From the IMG/VR virus record IMGVR_UViG_3300036987_000119, positions 1-37,821 of that record: a stretch of DNA of 37,821 bases; one strand, given 5' to 3'. Below the pieces are notes generated by a model, which saw only the letters and a program-made list of their open reading frames with translations, ran no database searches and was not told where the DNA came from. Origin of the DNA: a virus. Its lineage: Duplodnaviria; Caudoviricetes. Shown piece after piece: positions 33,348-37,821 of this stretch; position 1 is the stretch's first letter, and every line of letters begins with the position of its first letter. Both the position numbers and the translations under genes were made by a program.

Positions 33348-35871
33348 CGACCTGAAACTGCAACTGATTCTGGAAGCGGTCAACAAAACGGCGGGAGCGT
33401 TCGATCAGCTCAAGCGCGACTTGAACGCCGCCACGGGCGGGTCTGCGGGGCTCGGCAATGCCGGGGCGGCGGCTGGCGACAAGGTCGCCGCGGGCATGGT
33501 CAAGGCCAATAAACAGGTCGGCCTGCTGGGGGGCGGTATTTCCGCCCTGGCCGGGCGGTTTCTGGTGTTGGAGCTGGGCATCACCCACATCGGGCGGCTG
33601 CTGAACAAGCTGGTTTTTGATTTCAACAGCACTCTGGAGACATCGGGGCTGGGCATCGCGGCGGCCTTCATGGCCGGGGGGCAATACGTCGACGGCGTGA
33701 CCGGCAAGACGCTGGTCGCGACGGACGCCCTGGCGGCGGCCCGGGCCGAGAGCGCGGCCATGCTGGAGCAGTTGCAAGTGGCCAACTTCGCCACCATCGC
33801 CACTCTCGACCAGCTGGTTCGGGCTTACCAGGAGACGTTGCCGGTGGCGATGGCCAAGGGGTTCGACACCCGGCAGGTCAAGGATTTTACCGTGGCCATG
33901 GTGCAGGCCGCCGGAGCCATCGGGTTGTCCCTCGACATGCTCGGCGAAGAAACCCGCTCGATCCTGACCGGGGCGATCAACCCGCGCACCAGCCGCATTG
34001 CCACGGTGCTCGGCTTGACCAACGAAGAAGTCGCTCGGCACATGAGCAGCGCCGACGAGTTGTTCAGCTTTCTGATGCAGAAGCTCGAAGCCTACAAGGT
34101 CGCCGGCGTCGCTTCGCAAGAGACCTGGAAGGGCGTCTGGTCCAATACTCTCGACATCTTCAACCAGATTTCGGCCAAGGTCAGCGAACCCCTGTTCGAG
34201 ACGGTCAAGGCCGAGTTGATGGATATCGCCGAGAGTATCGTCACCATCGACCAGGCCACGGGTCAGATCCGTTGGAACGAAGAATTTACCGAGGGAGTCG
34301 AGGGGACGAAGGCCGCCATCAACGCGGTAATCGCCGAGATGTACCGCATGGGAATGCTGATCGACAAAATCGGCGGGACCATGACCGCCATCGGCGCTTT
34401 CGCGACCTTCGGCGACTGGGACGCCAAAATGCGCGAGTGGAACGCGCAACTCGAAGCCCGCTACAACGAAAGTGATCGCAAGCTGCAAGAGTTGGCCAAC
34501 CGTTCGGTCGGGCTCAACAGCGACGGAACCCCGAAAACGACGTCCGGGAGAAGCCCCGGGTATCGACCCAACCCCCTGCCGGAAGACCCGTCAATTGCCG
34601 CCGACGCGGCCAAGAAAGCCGAAGCTGCCGCCAAGGCCGCCGCCCGACTGGCGGCGCAGTGGGAGAAAACCAAGGCGGCGATGACGCTGGAGGTGGAAAA
34701 GCTCGGGCTCGACAAGTATCAGGCCCGTATCGCCGACCTCACCGCCAAGGCCGCCGATCTGCGCGAGCAATTCGGCGCCAAGGGAGACATCGACACCTGG
34801 CTTGAGGCGATGATCGCCGAGGTCAACAGCGATAAGCTCACCGACACCCTCTCCGCCGCCAAGGGTCTGGCCCAGGAGATGGCCAAGGAACTGCGCGTAG
34901 CGGCCGAACAGGCCCGCGCCGCCGCCGAGGCCGAACGGGCCGCCCGCGAAAGCGCGTTGAATCTTCGCCAGGCCGAAATCGAACTGGCCGAGCGCACCGG
35001 ACAGATGGACAGCGGCGAGGCCCTGCGTGAACGCCTGGCTCTCAACCAAGAGCTGCTGGGGTTGCAAACGGCGCACCTGGCCCAGCTCGACAAACTGGCC
35101 GACGCCTCCGCCTGGTACGCCCAGGCCGACGCGGTGAACGCCACCCGGCTGAATCTGGTCGATCTCAACGACGAACTGCTGCGCCAGACCGGGACCTTTT
35201 CCGAAGGGTGGGAGCGCGCCCTCGACGACTATGTGAAAAACGCCGACACCGCTTTCGAACAAGCCGAAGGCCTGGCCAAACGCGCCGCCGAGGGGATGGA
35301 GTCGGCCTTTTCCGATTTCTTCTTCGATGCCTTCCGGGGGAAACTGACCAGCCTGGCCGACTACCTCGACGCCTTTCTGCAGGCGGTGCAGCGGGCCATG
35401 TCGGACATGCTGGCGCAGCAGGCGGCGTCGGGAATCGCCTCGATGGTGTCGGGGTTTTTCAGCCCCGCCGCCGGCGGCTCGACCTTTCAACCCAGCATCA
35501 ACACCGGCGCCTTTTCCGTCCGTCACGACGGCGGGCCGGTGCTCCCCCGGTTCCACACCGGCGGGCTGCTGCCCGACGAAGTGCCGATCATCGCCCAGAC
35601 CGGCGAGCGGGTGCTGTCGCGCCAGCAGAACGGCACCTTTGACCGGCTGGCCCGTTTTCTCGACCGGGGGGGCGAGGGCGGCGGCGTCAACGTGCAGGTG
35701 GTCAACAACACCGGAACCGAGGCCAGCGGCCGCGCCGAACGGTCGCAAAGCAACAACGGCGACATTTTGCGCATTGTCCTGGATAAGGTCGATTCGGCCA
35801 TCGGCGAAGGCCGGTTCGACAAGAGCCTGGGCGTGGTCTACGGATTGCGCCGGAACGGAGTGCCGCGATGA
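33340..35871 (+). CDS. Tail tape measure protein
   Basis: 843 aa, Ala-rich and helical; lambda gpH-like C-terminus (GWERALDDY..., FHTGG..DEVPIIAQTGERVL). Confidence 0.92.
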   Translation: MSDDLKLQLILEAVNKTAGAFDQLKRDLNAATGGSAGLGNAGAAAGDKVAAGMVKANKQVGLLGGGISALAGRFLVLELGITHIGRLLNKLVFDFNSTLETSGLGIAAAFMAGGQYVDGVTGKTLVATDALAAARAESAAMLEQLQVANFATIATLDQLVRAYQETLPVAMAKGFDTRQVKDFTVAMVQAAGAIGLSLDMLGEETRSILTGAINPRTSRIATVLGLTNEEVARHMSSADELFSFLMQKLEAYKVAGVASQETWKGVWSNTLDIFNQISAKVSEPLFETVKAELMDIAESIVTIDQATGQIRWNEEFTEGVEGTKAAINAVIAEMYRMGMLIDKIGGTMTAIGAFATFGDWDAKMREWNAQLEARYNESDRKLQELANRSVGLNSDGTPKTTSGRSPGYRPNPLPEDPSIAADAAKKAEAAAKAAARLAAQWEKTKAAMTLEVEKLGLDKYQARIADLTAKAADLREQFGAKGDIDTWLEAMIAEVNSDKLTDTLSAAKGLAQEMAKELRVAAEQARAAAEAERAARESALNLRQAEIELAERTGQMDSGEALRERLALNQELLGLQTAHLAQLDKLADASAWYAQADAVNATRLNLVDLNDELLRQTGTFSEGWERALDDYVKNADTAFEQAEGLAKRAAEGMESAFSDFFFDAFRGKLTSLADYLDAFLQAVQRAMSDMLAQQAASGIASMVSGFFSPAAGGSTFQPSINTGAFSVRHDGGPVLPRFHTGGLLPDEVPIIAQTGERVLSRQQNGTFDRLARFLDRGGEGGGVNVQVVNNTGTEASGRAERSQSNNGDILRIVLDKVDSAIGEGRFDKSLGVVYGLRRNGVPR

Positions 35872-36221
35872 ACCCCGAGTGGCCGACAACCTTGCCGCAA
35901 ACCCCGATGATGCGCGGCTTCGGCGAAACCCCCGGCGACAACGTCATCCGCACCAGCATGGACGTCGGTCCGCCGAAGCTGCGCCGCCGCAGTACCGCCG
36001 TCCCCCGCAATTTCACCCTGGTGATCCGCTGCACCACGGCGCAGATCGACATTCTCGACGATTTTTTCACCGGCGATTGCCGGGACGGCAGCTTGCCCTT
36101 CGACTGGAAACACCCGCGCACCGGCGGCGCCGCGACCTATGTGTGGGGGGCGCCGCCCAAGTACGCCCCGGTCTTCGGCGATTTCTGGGAAGCCTCGATG
36201 TCACTGGAGTTGCAGCCGTGA
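35868..36221 (+). CDS. Distal tail protein (lambda gpM-like)
   Basis: WPTTLP...IRTSMDVGPPKLRRR...GSLPFDWKHP; directly after the tape measure gene. Confidence 0.82.
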   Translation: MNPEWPTTLPQTPMMRGFGETPGDNVIRTSMDVGPPKLRRRSTAVPRNFTLVIRCTTAQIDILDDFFTGDCRDGSLPFDWKHPRTGGAATYVWGAPPKYAPVFGDFWEASMSLELQP

Positions 36222-36697
36222 GCACGTTGTCCCGCAACCTGAGCCTGCGGGCGCGCAAGGCGTTTTTCGCCCAGCAGACCGACGAATGTCCGCTGATCTG
36301 CCTGGTGATCGATCACGCCGAATTGCCCGAGCCAATCCGCGTGGTCAACAACTTCGAGGCGATCGTCAGCAACGGCCACGAGTATGTGGGCTTCCCCTTC
36401 CGCTGTAAGCTGCCCTCGGAGAGCGACCAGATTTCGCGGGTGACGCTGGAAATCGACAACGTCAGCCGCGAGATCGTGCAGAGCATCCGCGCCCTGCGCA
36501 CCGCGCCGACGGTGGCCATGTTCGTGATTCTGGCCGACACCCCCGACGTGATCGAGGCCGGGCCCTTTCACTTCTCGCTGCGCCACACTCGCTACGATTT
36601 CGAGCTGGTCAGCGGCGAGCTGGCCCACGAGGATCTGCTCAACGAGCCGTACCCGGCCGACATCATGTCGCCGGGGAATTTCCCGAACCTGTGGTGA
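36218..36697 (+). CDS. Minor tail protein (DUF1833 / gpL-like)
   Basis: GTGA coupling; PIRVVNN...YVGFPF..KLP...LEIDNVSREI...EPYP..SPGNFPNLW. Confidence 0.8.
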   Translation: MSTLSRNLSLRARKAFFAQQTDECPLICLVIDHAELPEPIRVVNNFEAIVSNGHEYVGFPFRCKLPSESDQISRVTLEIDNVSREIVQSIRALRTAPTVAMFVILADTPDVIEAGPFHFSLRHTRYDFELVSGELAHEDLLNEPYPADIMSPGNFPNLW

Positions 36698-37104
36698 TGG
36701 ACTGGGCGGCGGGTTATTTCGACATCCCCTTCGTCGATCAGGGGCGCGACCGGCGCGGCGTCGACTGCTGGGGGCTGGTGCGGCTGGTCTATCAAGAGCA
36801 GCTTGACATCGAACTGCCAGACTTTCTTTTTTCGGCCTACGACACGACCCAGCGGGGCGAGATCGCCGCCGCCTACGACGCCGAACACCGCCGCTGGCGG
36901 CCGGTGGCGAGCCCCGCCCCCTTCGACGTCGCCGTGTTCCGGGTGCACCACACCCCCTTTCACTACGCGCTGCTGCTCGACGCCACCCACATGCTGCATA
37001 TCGAGGTAGGATGCAATGTTGCCCGTGAACGAATCGACAGCCCCCGCTGGAACCGCCGCCTCATCGGGCTCTATCGTCACCAGCGCCTGCCCGCACCCCT
37101 TTAG
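36697..37104 (+). CDS. NlpC/P60 tail-tip protein (gpK-like)
   Basis: PFVDQGRDRRGVDCWGLVRLVY...HY...MLH catalytic Cys/His pattern. Confidence 0.88.
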   Translation: MDWAAGYFDIPFVDQGRDRRGVDCWGLVRLVYQEQLDIELPDFLFSAYDTTQRGEIAAAYDAEHRRWRPVASPAPFDVAVFRVHHTPFHYALLLDATHMLHIEVGCNVARERIDSPRWNRRLIGLYRHQRLPAPL

Positions 37105-37821
37105 TTCCCGCCGCGCCGACCTGATTATCCCCTTTGGCGGAACCGTCAGCGACGTCCTGCGCGCCAGCGGCATCCGCAGCCGCTGCGCCCATGTCTGGGT
37201 CAACGACGAATACATCTACCCCGACCGCTGGGATGAGGTGGTGCCCCCCGTCGATTCCCGGGTGGAGATCCGCGTTGTCCCCGCCGGCGGCGGTGGCGGC
37301 GGGAAAAACGTGCTGCGGATTGTCGCGGCCATCGTCGTCGCCGTGGTCGCCTGGTATGCCGGAGGCTGGGCGGCGGCGGCGGGGATTGTGGCCAAGGGCG
37401 GAGTGGGTCAAGCGCTGGTGGTCGGCGTCGTCGGCAGTCTCGGCATGATGGCCGTCAATGCCCTGATCCCCCCGGTGATGCCCGGCATGTCGGCTCTCTC
37501 TGGGAGCGAAAAAGAGAGCTTCCCCGGGCTCAAGACCGCCACCGGCACCCGCAACACCTTCGCCCCCTATGCCCCCATCCCCCGGGTTCTCGGCCGGGTC
37601 AAATGTTTTCCGCACTTGGCCGCCAAGCCCTACACCGAATATGTCGGCGGCAAGCAGTATCTGCGGCTGTTGCTGACCCCCGGTTACATGCCCCTGGCCG
37701 TCGACAACCTGAAAATCGGCGATCTGCCCATCGAGGCCTTCGGCGCCGACATGCAGTACGAAATCAAGGCTACGGCGGCGGCCCCGGATGTCACCCTGTA
37801 CAGCAACGACGTGACCGAACA
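37016..37821 (+). CDS. Tail tip / host-specificity protein (gpI-gpJ-like), 5' part, truncated by the window
   Basis: Frame open from ATG 37016 to the window end: ubiquitin-like N-terminus, PAGGGGGGKNVLRIVAAIVVAVVAW hydrophobic segment, PYAPIPRVLGRV..FP.LAAKPYTE motif. Confidence 0.85.
   Translation, partial: MLPVNESTAPAGTAASSGSIVTSACPHPFSSRRADLIIPFGGTVSDVLRASGIRSRCAHVWVNDEYIYPDRWDEVVPPVDSRVEIRVVPAGGGGGGKNVLRIVAAIVVAVVAWYAGGWAAAAGIVAKGGVGQALVVGVVGSLGMMAVNALIPPVMPGMSALSGSEKESFPGLKTATGTRNTFAPYAPIPRVLGRVKCFPHLAAKPYTEYVGGKQYLRLLLTPGYMPLAVDNLKIGDLPIEAFGADMQYEIKATAAAPDVTLYSNDVTE

Larger units (their letters stand above)
1489..37821 (+). mobile_element. Mu-like transposable prophage (right part extends beyond the window)
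   Basis: Repressor/ner switch near the left end, DDE transposase plus AAA ATPase, gam, gemA-like, lysis, terminase-portal-head and tail modules; no integrase. Left boundary inferred from TG at 1489 followed by end-like repeats. Confidence 0.93.

Noticed and set aside
35678-35715. GGGVNVQVVNNTG in the tape measure protein as an amyloid-like motif
   Set aside because: Common C-terminal beta-strand of lambda-like tape measure proteins; does not match the consensus

Overview
The first ~1.5 kb is host DNA: the 3' end of an unknown gene, a strong hairpin and a class I DAHP synthase gene. The rest (~1489 to beyond 37821) is the left part of a Mu-like transposable prophage with a non-contractile, lambda-like tail. 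Gene order: leftward immunity operon (HTH repressor, HNH nuclease, lipoprotein, 2-TM protein, 324-aa unknown, and an uncalled 47-aa peptide); Ner-like switch; DDE transposase and MuB/ExeA-like ATPase; semi-essential region (Gam, Lar-like, stand-alone NrdD glycyl-radical peptide, GemA-like); lysis; terminase, portal and head; an inserted fibre module; tail. Most striking observation: three products of the repressor operon (the repressor, the 2-TM protein and the 47-aa peptide) share a Q-x3-G-x2-N-[ILF]-Q-A-[GA]-x2-I motif that resembles RHIM/amyloid homotypic signalling motifs. Other highlights are a complete type II hammerhead ribozyme in the early operon, a leftward PRE-like promoter driving an overlapping antisense gene, paired palindromes inside the pre-transposase gene, heptamer arrays and REP-like elements at or inside genes, a PLA2-like gene in the lysis cassette, a signal-peptide protein in the capsid-decoration position, and a -1 tail-chaperone frameshift. 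All family assignments come from motif recognition by eye; no database searches were run.
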